Part shown: piece by piece, positions 28,530-38,400 of the stretch
Position numbering within the stretch: position 1 is the first letter of the stretch
Layout: every line of letters starts with the position of its first letter
Origin: a virus
Taxonomy: Duplodnaviria; Heunggongvirae; Uroviricota; Caudoviricetes
Direction: 5' to 3' (one strand)
Virus record (IMG/VR): IMGVR_UViG_2684623011_000001
Coordinates: 1 to 53,090 of that record
Length of the DNA stretch: 53,090 bases
Notes under the pieces: generated by a model
What the model saw: only the letters and a program-made list of their open reading frames with translations
The model's database searches: none
Told to the model about the DNA's origin: nothing
Translations under genes and position numbers: made by a program

Positions 28530-28847
28530 ATGGAAAAAATAATCTTATTAAGAGAATATGTAAAAGACATTAATAATAATGAATTGGCTATCCTGGAGAC
28601 TTATTTACGAGGTGATGGGTCCACACCGATAATTCAAGCAATGGGCGGAATTGGAAGTAATATTATCGGATATAAAGATAATGGTGAGCCAATAATTGAC
28701 CAAAATGAAGATAATTTGATTGAAGCGGCCAAGGTAAAGTTGATGGCCGAAGCTATAAAAGAGCAAAAAAAGTTATGCGTTGAGAACGGGGTTGACCCAG
28801 AGTTAGTAAATATCATTAACGCAGAGAAGAAGGTAAATAATGAATAA
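28530..28847 (+). CDS. Hypothetical protein, possible fibre chaperone
   Basis: ORF with RBS AAGGA directly after the fibre gene. Confidence 0.55.
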   Translation: MEKIILLREYVKDINNNELAILETYLRGDGSTPIIQAMGGIGSNIIGYKDNGEPIIDQNEDNLIEAAKVKLMAEAIKEQKKLCVENGVDPELVNIINAEKKVNNE

Positions 28848-29052
28848 TCAACAGCAACAAACAGGCAAGGCAGAAAAGGTAGCAAGTAAACTAATTAATA
28901 AGTTGGCGTTAACAGAACTTGAGTTAGCTAATCGTGAAGTTGATATCGATGAACTTAATGCGAAGATTCAGCAATTAACTCAAGCTAATCAACAACTTTC
29001 TGCTGAAAATCAACAACTTAAAAGTAACCAAGAAACTAAAACAGAAGAATAA
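28840..29052 (+). CDS. Small coiled-coil protein
   Basis: Heptad-rich 70-aa ORF coupled to the upstream gene. Confidence 0.6.
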   Translation: MNNQQQQTGKAEKVASKLINKLALTELELANREVDIDELNAKIQQLTQANQQLSAENQQLKSNQETKTEE

Positions 29053-29073
29053 GAAGAAAAGGGGAATATTAGC

Positions 29074-29352
29074 ATGGCTTTACGCAAAACTAAATCAACA
29101 TCATTAACTGGTGAATCAGTAATCAATGGCACTACCGTTGTACGCATGACTGCTAGTTTATCAACGAGCGGTGGTTCAGATTCAGTAAATCAATATGTCC
29201 AAAATGTAGACTTATATAACGCAAACAAGCGAGATGTGCGTAAGGATATCTCTGCATTTCAAGAATATGTATATGAGCAACAAGATGCTATTGACGCAGA
29301 ACTTGAAGCTGATAAGGAAGCTGCCGATTCTGAAAAGAAAGAAGCTAAATAA
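29074..29352 (+). CDS. Small phage protein of the fibre-to-holin region
   Basis: RBS AAGGGG. The sequence resembles small Firmicute phage proteins (LY.ANK..VR.D...FQ). Confidence 0.65.
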   Translation: MALRKTKSTSLTGESVINGTTVVRMTASLSTSGGSDSVNQYVQNVDLYNANKRDVRKDISAFQEYVYEQQDAIDAELEADKEAADSEKKEAK

Positions 29353-29468
29353 AACAAGGCTTTTACCAGCATATTTGGTCTTTGAAAACGCCTAATATAC
29401 TGGATATTTCGTCGCCTAAGAAATTCACAGTTCCTTAATTAGGGGCGGCCATGATCGGTGGTGACAGC

Positions 29469-29735
29469 ATGGACAAAGATAAAGAGCTTGAACTACTAAT
29501 GGATATTCAAGAAAAAGTCGGTCGAATTGACGAGAGACTTAAAAAAGTTGAAGATACAGATCGCAAAGCGGAAGAGGCGATTCGTTTAAGTGAAAAGAAT
29601 GAAGAAAAAATTGTTGAGCTTTCCGCAGCAGTTGAAGAACTTAAAGAAGGTCGAAAGTGGACCCAAAGAACTGCCATTGGTGCCATTATCAGTGCCGCAA
29701 TTGCAGTTTTATCTTGGATTCACCCGCCATTCTAA
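29469..29735 (+). CDS. XhlA-like holin/hemolysin
   Basis: Coiled coil followed by KW..R.AIGAII and one C-terminal TM helix. RBS GGTGGTGA favours the start at 29469. Confidence 0.7.
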   Translation: MDKDKELELLMDIQEKVGRIDERLKKVEDTDRKAEEAIRLSEKNEEKIVELSAAVEELKEGRKWTQRTAIGAIISAAIAVLSWIHPPF

Positions 29736-29748
29736 AGGGGTAAATAAA

Positions 29749-30006
29749 ATGAAAAAAGTATTGAATTTAATTAAAAATAAGGTAGTTAAGCCAGATGGAA
29801 CACTTAATGGGAAGATCATTAGTGGTTTGGTAGCACTAATCATTGTATTTGTACAACAAATCTTTGCCTGCTTTGGAGTTCAACCCAAAGGTGATGTGAC
29901 TGCTTTTGTTGGACTTGCTAATACAGTCTTAACTATTCTTGGATTAGTTGGAGTATTAAGTGATCCAACGCCTGTGGAAGTTCCTGTTAAGACAGAAAAG
30001 AAATAA
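29749..30006 (+). CDS. Holin (two TM helices)
   Basis: NGKIISGLVALIIVFVQQI and NTVLTILGLVGVLSDPT. RBS AAGGGG favours the start at 29749. Confidence 0.8.
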   Translation: MKKVLNLIKNKVVKPDGTLNGKIISGLVALIIVFVQQIFACFGVQPKGDVTAFVGLANTVLTILGLVGVLSDPTPVEVPVKTEKK

Positions 30007-30028
30007 GTAATGTTTTTTATGCATTTTC

Positions 30029-30057
30029 ATGAAAGCGCTTACAAATTGTGATAAAAT
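30029..30057 (+). promoter_or_regulatory. Internal promoter overlapped by a consensus cre (CcpA) site
   Basis: TGAAAGCGCTTACA (30030-30043) matches TGWNANCGNTNWCA. Promoter ATGAAA-17 nt-TAAAAT with a TG extension. Confidence 0.6.
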
Positions 30058-30100
30058 AATATCTGTCTAAAAGAACGTTGAAAGTGAGAGAGAACGAGAA

Positions 30101-30775
30101 ATGGTTAAATTTAGAAGTTTTTATAATGATCCAGAAAACAGAAACATTATGGAAATTGTACAAACACCAACCGGCGCAGTAACAATTTATGAACCTACAA
30201 CAGAAGATATTAGAACTATCATGAGTCTGGATGATGCAATTGCAGCAATGAACCAAGAAGTGAATAGTGATGAAGGTAATACTATTACGCTTCATGAAGC
30301 ATCTATCTTAAAGGTTCTAATTCCTCGTCTAACCGATTTAGACATGGAAGACTTAACAGATGATGAGATTGATGAGATCATTAGCAACTTAAACGCCGAA
30401 GGAAGCTTGTTAATGGCATCGCTAGAACGTGTTATCAGTCAAATTTATACATTAATGATCATTAACTTTAGCAATCAACAAATGCTAAAGAAGTTAATTG
30501 ATATTAGTGATGATCTGACTGATCAAACATTGGGAATGTACATTACTCAAGCCGCAAAGACAGACGAAGGGCGTAGACAAATTCACGAACTTAACCAACA
30601 AGCGAAAAAAGTTGCAAAAATGCAAAAGCAAGAAGAACAAGAAATGTCTGAAAAAGATGAAGATAATTCGGACGAGGGTGTAAGTTTTAACGATGCACCG
30701 TCACTTGATCCAGACGTTGATTCAAAAGAAGCAAAAACTGTAATAAAGGGTCATTTTTCTGGACTGGATGAATAA
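30101..30775 (+). CDS. Putative tail assembly chaperone
   Basis: Acidic helical ORF upstream of the tape measure gene. Confidence 0.5.
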   Translation: MVKFRSFYNDPENRNIMEIVQTPTGAVTIYEPTTEDIRTIMSLDDAIAAMNQEVNSDEGNTITLHEASILKVLIPRLTDLDMEDLTDDEIDEIISNLNAEGSLLMASLERVISQIYTLMIINFSNQQMLKKLIDISDDLTDQTLGMYITQAAKTDEGRRQIHELNQQAKKVAKMQKQEEQEMSEKDEDNSDEGVSFNDAPSLDPDVDSKEAKTVIKGHFSGLDE

Positions 30776-30866
30776 AGAAAAATACAAAAAATAGCGCAAT
30801 TATGGAGGGGTTTGGAGATAAGTATTCGTTCGTATTTGCGCCATTTTTAATTTTCGAGGTGAAGAA

Positions 30867-31400
30867 ATGTCTACTGTTGTTTTGGAGGGTAAAATCACCG
30901 TAGATGTTACTGGTATAGAAAATATTGCTGCAAAAATTAGAAGTACCACGATTAGTACACTTCAGGGTGAAATCAGACATTTAGCAGAACAAATTTTGAG
31001 AGATTTGGCGCATGCTGATTGGCCAGCCGGGAAAGCGTCTAAAGGTTATGTATCAACTGGAGAGCTTGCTGATGCTGTTGTTGTCACAGGAGGTGGCACC
31101 AGTCTCAATATTGAAATGGATGGTTCACGTATGAGCATGGTAGCACCGATTCATGGAAGTGGAGTTTCTAATAGAAATGCAGTCAGTCATTTTCCAGAAC
31201 AATGGGGTATCCATATGGGTGTGAGAGGTCAAGCCTATAATACAGAGATGCCAGCATTACTTGAATACGGTGGTGGAGGTCTTGTGCCTCATACGGGGAC
31301 AGGATATTTTAAGAAGGCGTTTGGTATTTATCAGGAGGAATTTATACATATACTAGCAGAGGCACTAAGAGGTGCCGGCTTCGAGGTTTCGGAAGGATAA
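30867..31400 (+). CDS. Putative tail completion protein (HK97 gp10-like)
   Basis: Y.STGELADA and LEYG motifs. Confidence 0.55.
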   Translation: MSTVVLEGKITVDVTGIENIAAKIRSTTISTLQGEIRHLAEQILRDLAHADWPAGKASKGYVSTGELADAVVVTGGGTSLNIEMDGSRMSMVAPIHGSGVSNRNAVSHFPEQWGIHMGVRGQAYNTEMPALLEYGGGGLVPHTGTGYFKKAFGIYQEEFIHILAEALRGAGFEVSEG

Positions 31401-31406
31401 ATACAA

Positions 31407-32432
31407 GTGAAAAGAAAAGAAAACTTAAATTATCAAACTACTAAAGATAGAAAAATAGTCAGATATGCAACGAAGGCAAGAATGGCTAAAGTTAATCCAA
31501 AAAATATAAAGATATATGATCGTTATTTAAGAAGTAGGGTTATCCATAACTCGGATGTAAAGAATACGACTTATAAGGTTTATCACTCTTATATGAATAT
31601 TTTCATGTGCTATATAGCTGAAGAGTGGGACAACTTTTATTTGTTAGACGAAGACTTTCTTGAAGAAGAAATGTTAGACGTGATGGAAGGATACATGGCA
31701 TTCCTTGCGGACGAATGTGGTAACGGTAAAAAGGTGATTAATACAAAGTTAAGTGCTGTTTCTAGTTTTTATATTTGGGCTACGAAACGGAGAATGATTA
31801 AAAGTCACCCGTTTGATGGAAAATTGGATCGAATCGAAGGCGCCCAGGACGAAAAACGTATATCGGTACATTTCTTACATGAGAGTCAAATCAAATTAAT
31901 TACTGATACTCTTGCGCAAGATAAGACGACGCTTAATCATTATGATGAGCAGGATGAATTGATTTGGAATATTGCATTTGACAGTGCGTGCCGAATCGGT
32001 GCGTTACAAAGACTTACTGTGTCTAGTCTCAACTTAGAGAAAAAGTGTTTTGAAAATATCCGTGAAAAGCGTGGAAAAATTGTTAAGATTCCATTCACTG
32101 ATAGAACAAAACAAATTATTATCAACTATTTAGCATGGCGGAAGGAAAATGGAATCGAAACAGATGCGTTTTTCTATAACCCAGAATTAAAACCAATGAG
32201 CAAACAAGCATTATCACTTCGTATTCGGAAGATTGGTGAAATTGTAGGCATAGGTGATTTTAGACCACACAGTATTAGAAAAACACGACTTAATCAGGTC
32301 GGACAAAAGAAGATTGAACTAGCACAACAGTTGGCGCATCACAAATCAATGGATACGACAGCTCGCTTCTACATGGAAAAGAAAGATGAATCAGAAACGC
32401 TCGAGGAAATAAATGAATTAATGGACGAATAA
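31407..32432 (+). CDS. Tyrosine recombinase (XerC/D-like)
   Basis: Complete catalytic set: R (ACRIG), K (REKRG), HxxR (HSIR), H (AHH) and Y (ARFY). Confidence 0.92.
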   Translation: MKRKENLNYQTTKDRKIVRYATKARMAKVNPKNIKIYDRYLRSRVIHNSDVKNTTYKVYHSYMNIFMCYIAEEWDNFYLLDEDFLEEEMLDVMEGYMAFLADECGNGKKVINTKLSAVSSFYIWATKRRMIKSHPFDGKLDRIEGAQDEKRISVHFLHESQIKLITDTLAQDKTTLNHYDEQDELIWNIAFDSACRIGALQRLTVSSLNLEKKCFENIREKRGKIVKIPFTDRTKQIIINYLAWRKENGIETDAFFYNPELKPMSKQALSLRIRKIGEIVGIGDFRPHSIRKTRLNQVGQKKIELAQQLAHHKSMDTTARFYMEKKDESETLEEINELMDE

Positions 32433-32488
32433 TGACATTAATTCCGCTAGAAGTAAGGAGGCAATATTTCTAAGCGGAGGGAATATTA

Positions 32489-35400
32489 TTGGCCGAACAG
32501 CTATCAATTAAAGTAAAAGTGGATCTTCCATCCGCGGGGGAGATCGAAAGTCAACTAAATAAAGAACTCCGCGGAATGAAGGACATAGAAACCAACGTAA
32601 AGGTGAAGCCCAAAGTCACCGGCTTAAAAGGATTAAAGAGTGAAATACGTAAATCACTTAATGGTGATAAATTTAAGGCAAACGTTGGGGTAAAAGTAAC
32701 AGGCGAAGCTAAATTAGCAAAATTAGCTAGAGAGATGGAAAAAGTTCGTCGTCTAGCTAATGAGCCAATTAGATTTTCTGTGGACGCAGGAAATTCGAAA
32801 TTTGATGAACAGGTCTCTAAAGCTAAAAAGGGCATTGAAGATCTTAATAAATCTTATACAAAAGGTGCTGGGTTAGGGTTACGTAAGCAAGTTGAAGAGG
32901 CAAGACGTAACATGGAGCAAACCTACGCAGCAATGCGTAAAAATAACCTCGATGCTACAAAAGCTAATAACGACAGAGTAGCCCAAGTTTATAAAGAAAG
33001 TGCTGCACAAAATAAAGCTCAATTACAAAAGGACATTGCAGAATATAGGCGACTATCAGAAGATGCGGGTATTGGGCGCAAGGATATTAATAAACAAATC
33101 CGGCGCAGCACAACGCCTAGCATAAAAGCTGAAACCGCACAAAGGCTTGCACAAACACGCCGAGAAATCTCTGCCGCTAAGCGCGACTGGCAAGATTATG
33201 GTCGGATCATGAAAGAAGCATACAGTACCGAGCAGAAAATGGCGAAAGGTACAGCGGGCAGAAATGAGACCAGAGCTTTGCGTGAAAGAGCAGCAGCGTT
33301 AAGGTCTGAAGCTGAAGCTATTAAATTAATACCAGAATATCAAGAGCGAGCTAATCGCGCAGAAAGAGCACAACAAAGAAATCTATCCATGATCAACGCC
33401 AAGCGATTGGATGGAGCATATGCTTCTAATGCTAGAAGAACACGGACTCGTGGTGGGATTGTTCCTACTATGGATATTAGTAGTGCTCTAATGACTGGTG
33501 CGATGGGAATAGCTGGAATCATAGAACAGTATAATGCGGTAGATAAAGCTATTACTAAAGTTACGAAAGTTGTTCCTGATAGTCAGCGTGCTGTTAATCG
33601 TTGGAGAAAGAATATCTACAAAGATGCTGCTGAAGTAGGTAAATCTGCTCCTGAATTTGCTTCTGCCGTTGAACAATGGGCTACTGCTGGTTATAACTTA
33701 AAACAATCTAATAGACTTGCAAAACAATCTGTGATGGGGGCGTTCGTTGGTGAGGTCCCTGTTAATGACATGGTTAAATATATGTCTGTTCCTATGAAAG
33801 CTTTCCAAAAGGAAGGTATCAAATCGACGGATATTATTAACGCCATGAACCAAGTTTCTAACAAGCATGCCATCGAAATGGATGACTTAGGACAAGCGTA
33901 TCAAAAAGCGAGTTCAACTGTGGGTGCTACTGGTACCAAATTCTCACAATTAACTGGTATTATTACCGCTGCCCAAGAAGGTACTCGCGCCGGTGGTGAC
34001 GCCATTGGTACTGCCTATAAGACCATTGGTTCTCGTATCGCTAAGATGGGAACTGGCTTAACTAAACAAGATCAAACTCGTGCCGCGTTCTTCAAAGGTT
34101 TAGGGGTTAACTTAACTGATACTAATGGTAAGTTGAAGTCTACTTGGGACGTTATGGATCAACTTGGTAAGAAGTGGGATACACTTTCTGAAAAAGACAA
34201 GAACACCGCAGCTCAATATGCTGCTGGTGCTAACCATGCCAACATCTTCCAAGCTACTATGGATAATTGGAAAACAGCACGTCAAGCTATGCGAGAAGCT
34301 GAAGCCCAACAAGGACTTGGAAGTTCTGGATCCGCATATCAAGAAATGGCAAAGCAGAAGCAGTCTGTTGAATTCCAATTAAAAGGACTTCAAGATATGT
34401 GGGGGCAGTTCGTCGAAAATATCACTGGTGGTCGTAAAGGTATCGGTGATATGTTGAATGTTGTATCGTTCCTTGGTAATGGATTAACTAAATTAAGTGC
34501 TAATCCATTCCTATCATCTGCTGTAAGGTGGGGAACTGTAGCTGCTGGAATGGTTATGGCAAGAAAAGCTATGGTTAGTTTAGCTGGTGGTTTAGGTTCT
34601 GTTATTATGCAAGGTAAAAAAGGTGATAGTGTTCTAGAGCGTCTTACTGGCATTAGTTCAAAGACCCAGAAGATGAAGGATAAATGGACAGATTTAAAGA
34701 ATGCAGTTGACGATGTTCGTGGAAAAACACCATCTGGAAAAAGAGCTAAAACTCAAACGGAACAAAGTATCGAAGAATTACGAAATCATTCGGGTAAAGA
34801 ATATTCTACCGAAACGGAAGAATTAAAGAAAAATACGGCAGAGCATGAACGGAATAGTGAAGCTCGGAAACAAAATGGCCGTTCAATGCAAGAAAATACT
34901 GCTGAAACCAGAAATAATATTCAAGCTCTAGGTGGGGCTAATACCCAATTGGAAGCTAGTACCAAGAAGACAAATGGTCTAACTGAAAAGACGGGGAAGC
35001 TTGGAAAGGTTGCAAGAGTCGCCAAAGCTGGAATAGGGGTATTAGGAGCTGGGCTTGGATATGTTGGTTTGGCTTTAGATGCTGTAACGATAGCGGGTAT
35101 GGCTATGAATGCAATGGGTATTCATCCAATAACAGCCATGAAACGAGCTATGGACCCTGCTGGTGAAAGTGCAAGAATACTTAATAAACATCTCGATAAG
35201 ACTGGTAAAGTTATTGAATCTAATAATGCCGCCATAGAAAAGAATGGTTTTGTTACTGGACAAATGCAGGCCAATATGAAGACCGTTGCGGATATGAAAA
35301 CTAACTTTGCTTCATTGCAGAGGGACGACAAGGGTAATATTGCAGATGATGATTTCCAACAAATTAAGCAAGCTTATAACAAGGTTGCAAAAGATAGTGG

Positions 35401-38400
35401 TCTTGAATTTAGAATGGGGAACAATCAAAATGCAGACGTAGTACAAAATAAGATTAATGCCCTTAATGATTGGATGCCACAAGTTCAACGAAGAACTATT
35501 AATGAGGCGGCCACCAAGGCGCAGAGTAACATGGATCAAATTAATGACATCCTGAGCAATGGCAATATTAGCAAATTAATTTCAAGTACAAAAGGTTATC
35601 AAGGCGAAATGAGTAAGCTTGAAAGAGATTTGCAACTTCAGCGTAATGGTATTAAGACTCAAAAAGATTATGATAGGGCTAAACAAAGAATCGAAGATTC
35701 AAACGAGTATCGTTTCGGAGACAAGAACGATGAGATGTGGTCTTCGAAAGCTGGAAAACGTGCGGCTGCACAAGTTAAAGCCGCACAAGGAGCATTGAGA
35801 GATGTCTACAGAGCCTTTGGCGACGGGCTTACCGATGGCACTTTAACCAAAGATAATATTGCCGCCATGAGTGAAAAAGAAAAACATATGGCTGCAATGG
35901 GGGCTGTTACCAATTTACGTGACCTTAAAGGGGTAGACAGAAATAATGAATCTGTCAAGGCAGCCCAGGCCAATTTAAATATGGTCTTTTCTTCGCTTGG
36001 AAAAAATATTAGCCAAAAGCTTAAAAATAGCATTACTGATGCCGCATTAGCCGGTGATAATGGTTCTCTGATGAAGGGACTTAGAAAAGCTGGACTTGGC
36101 ACGCAAGAAATTGCTGCTATGGCAGGGATTGGCGCACAGTATCAACAACAATATCGTCACCGAAAAGGTGGATTTATAGGACAAGCCGCGGCAGACGAAA
36201 CTTCTGCATATAAATTCAGAGATTCAGCCGAGAAACGTGGTATTAGGGTTGGCAATGTTGATGCAATTATGACTGAGAACGGATTCTTAGACTATGAGAA
36301 GCTAGCCAAATTTAACGCAAGTAATGTCAATACTGCAACAGGTAAAAGGGCATTCAACTCATCTGGCATTAAATATGGTAGTCATATGTCTGTCCCTGAT
36401 ATGTTGAGGTTGACTACAGGTATAGATGGCGACCCAACAAAGGTCCTAACTGATTTCGTCAAAGGTGGCAACAATACAAATGCGACAAACGTAGCAACAA
36501 TTACTAATAATGCTCAAAGATACAAAATCGATAAAGATGGAAATCTACAAATAACAGGGCGTCAAGCAACTGGTGAGGCTATTGGTGCTGCTGTGGCAGC
36601 AAAACAAGGAAATCGTGTTAAGAGTAAAGACACGATGAAGTCTGGGATTGATGACGCAGCAGCAAACGGATCAATTACAAGAGAACAGGCAGATAAGGCT
36701 AATGATTGGATAGATAAGAATTTCAACAGCAAAGGTCAAGCTAAAACTGTTGATGGTTTCGTTAAAGCTACTCAAGATCTTAAACAAATGACTAAAAATC
36801 AGTTTAAGAATAATACTAAAGGATTGTCTAATAAAGAGCGTCAAGAGGCTTTGAAGCAAGCTCAAAAAAATGGACAAATAACATCCGAACAGGCCAAGGC
36901 ATTAAGTGGTTGGACTCATGAAAAAGGTAATAAAAATAAGACAGATGGAACCAAAGTAAGTAAACCTAAAAAGAGTGAAAAAGATGGTAGCGATGACAAA
37001 GATAGCGGATCAAAACCAAAGAAGAAAAAGAATTCTTCTAAGTCAAAAGATGATGATAATGACAAATCCAAGCCACGATCAAAATCCAAATCAAAAACCG
37101 CCAAGGACATAGAAAAGCAAATCGGCAAAGATAAGATAAGTAATGATGAATTAAAGTCATTACAAAAGGGCTTGAAAAATAGTAAGGAACGACAAAAATT
37201 AGCTTATGATTTAAATAGAAAAAATCAAGTGAAAACACCTTGGCAAGATAAACTCAAAGACTTCTTATCGCCAGAGATGGTAGCAAAAGCATCAACTAGA
37301 AACGGTCGCAATAATTTTAAGATGCCTAATTTGAGTAAGTTAAATCCATTCAAAGGATTTAAAATGCCGAGCCTGAATAAATTAAACCCATTCAAAGGGT
37401 TTAAGATGCCTAAACTTAATCTTCCTAAAGGACTGACAACAAATCCTTTTAAGAATTGGAAGATGCCTAAAGGTATAACTAGTCCACTGAAGAACCTTAA
37501 ACTCCCCAAGAACATGAATAATCCATTCAAGAACTGGAAGATGCCGAAGGGCTTGGGCAATATGTTCAAGGGCAATAACCCATTCAAAGGAATTCAAAAT
37601 AGCTTTAATAAGTTATTTGGTGGTAAGGGTAAAAATAATAAGATTAAGGTTGATGCAGATACTAAGGCTGCCGAACAAAAAGTAAAAAAACTTGGCAAAG
37701 GTAGCGGAAAGAATAAAACCAAAGTTAAAGTTGATGCAGATACCAAAGGCGCCGAATCGAAAATTAAAAAGCTTGGTAAGAGCAAAAATAGTAAAGCTAA
37801 GATTAAAGTTGATGCTGATACTAAAGGTGTTCAATCTAAATTAAAGAATATTGGCAAGAATTCTAAGGCTAAAGTTAAGGTTAACGCCGATACCAAGTCT
37901 GCCGAATCAAAAGTTAAGAACATTGGTAAGAATGCTAAAGCAAAGGTAAAAGTTGACGCAGACACAGGTAATGCTAAGTCTAAGATTAACTCACTAAAGA
38001 GCTCACTGAGAGGTTTGAATAGTGGTAAACATAGTATTCATGTTTCAGTAGCAGTAAGTGGAGAAGGTAAGGTTAAAGCACTTAAGAGTGCAATAAGTGG
38101 ACTAAGCAACAAGTCCGTAAGTATTAATGCTTCTGTTTCTGGTGACGGTAAAGTTAAATCTCTTAAGAGCGCTATTGCATCAGTATCTAATAAGAGTGTT
38201 ACGGTAAGTGCTTCAGTTTCTGGAACAGGTAAAGTACGGCAACTTAAGAGTGCTATAGACGGAGTACAAAGTAAACACGTTTCTGTAACAGCCAAAGTTT
38301 CTGGTACTGGAGAGGTTAGAGCATTAGCTAGTGCCATCGCTTCTGTTCGAAGTAAATCTGTTACTGTTTCTGCTACTAAGATCGAAACGACGATTAAGAA

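Noticed and set aside
29590..29748. N-terminal extension of the holin ORF in the track
   Set aside because: It overlaps the XhlA-like gene. The RBS supports a start at 29749.
30700..30870. Programmed frameshift in the tail chaperone
   Set aside because: No convincing XXXYYYZ slippery site linking to the next frame.
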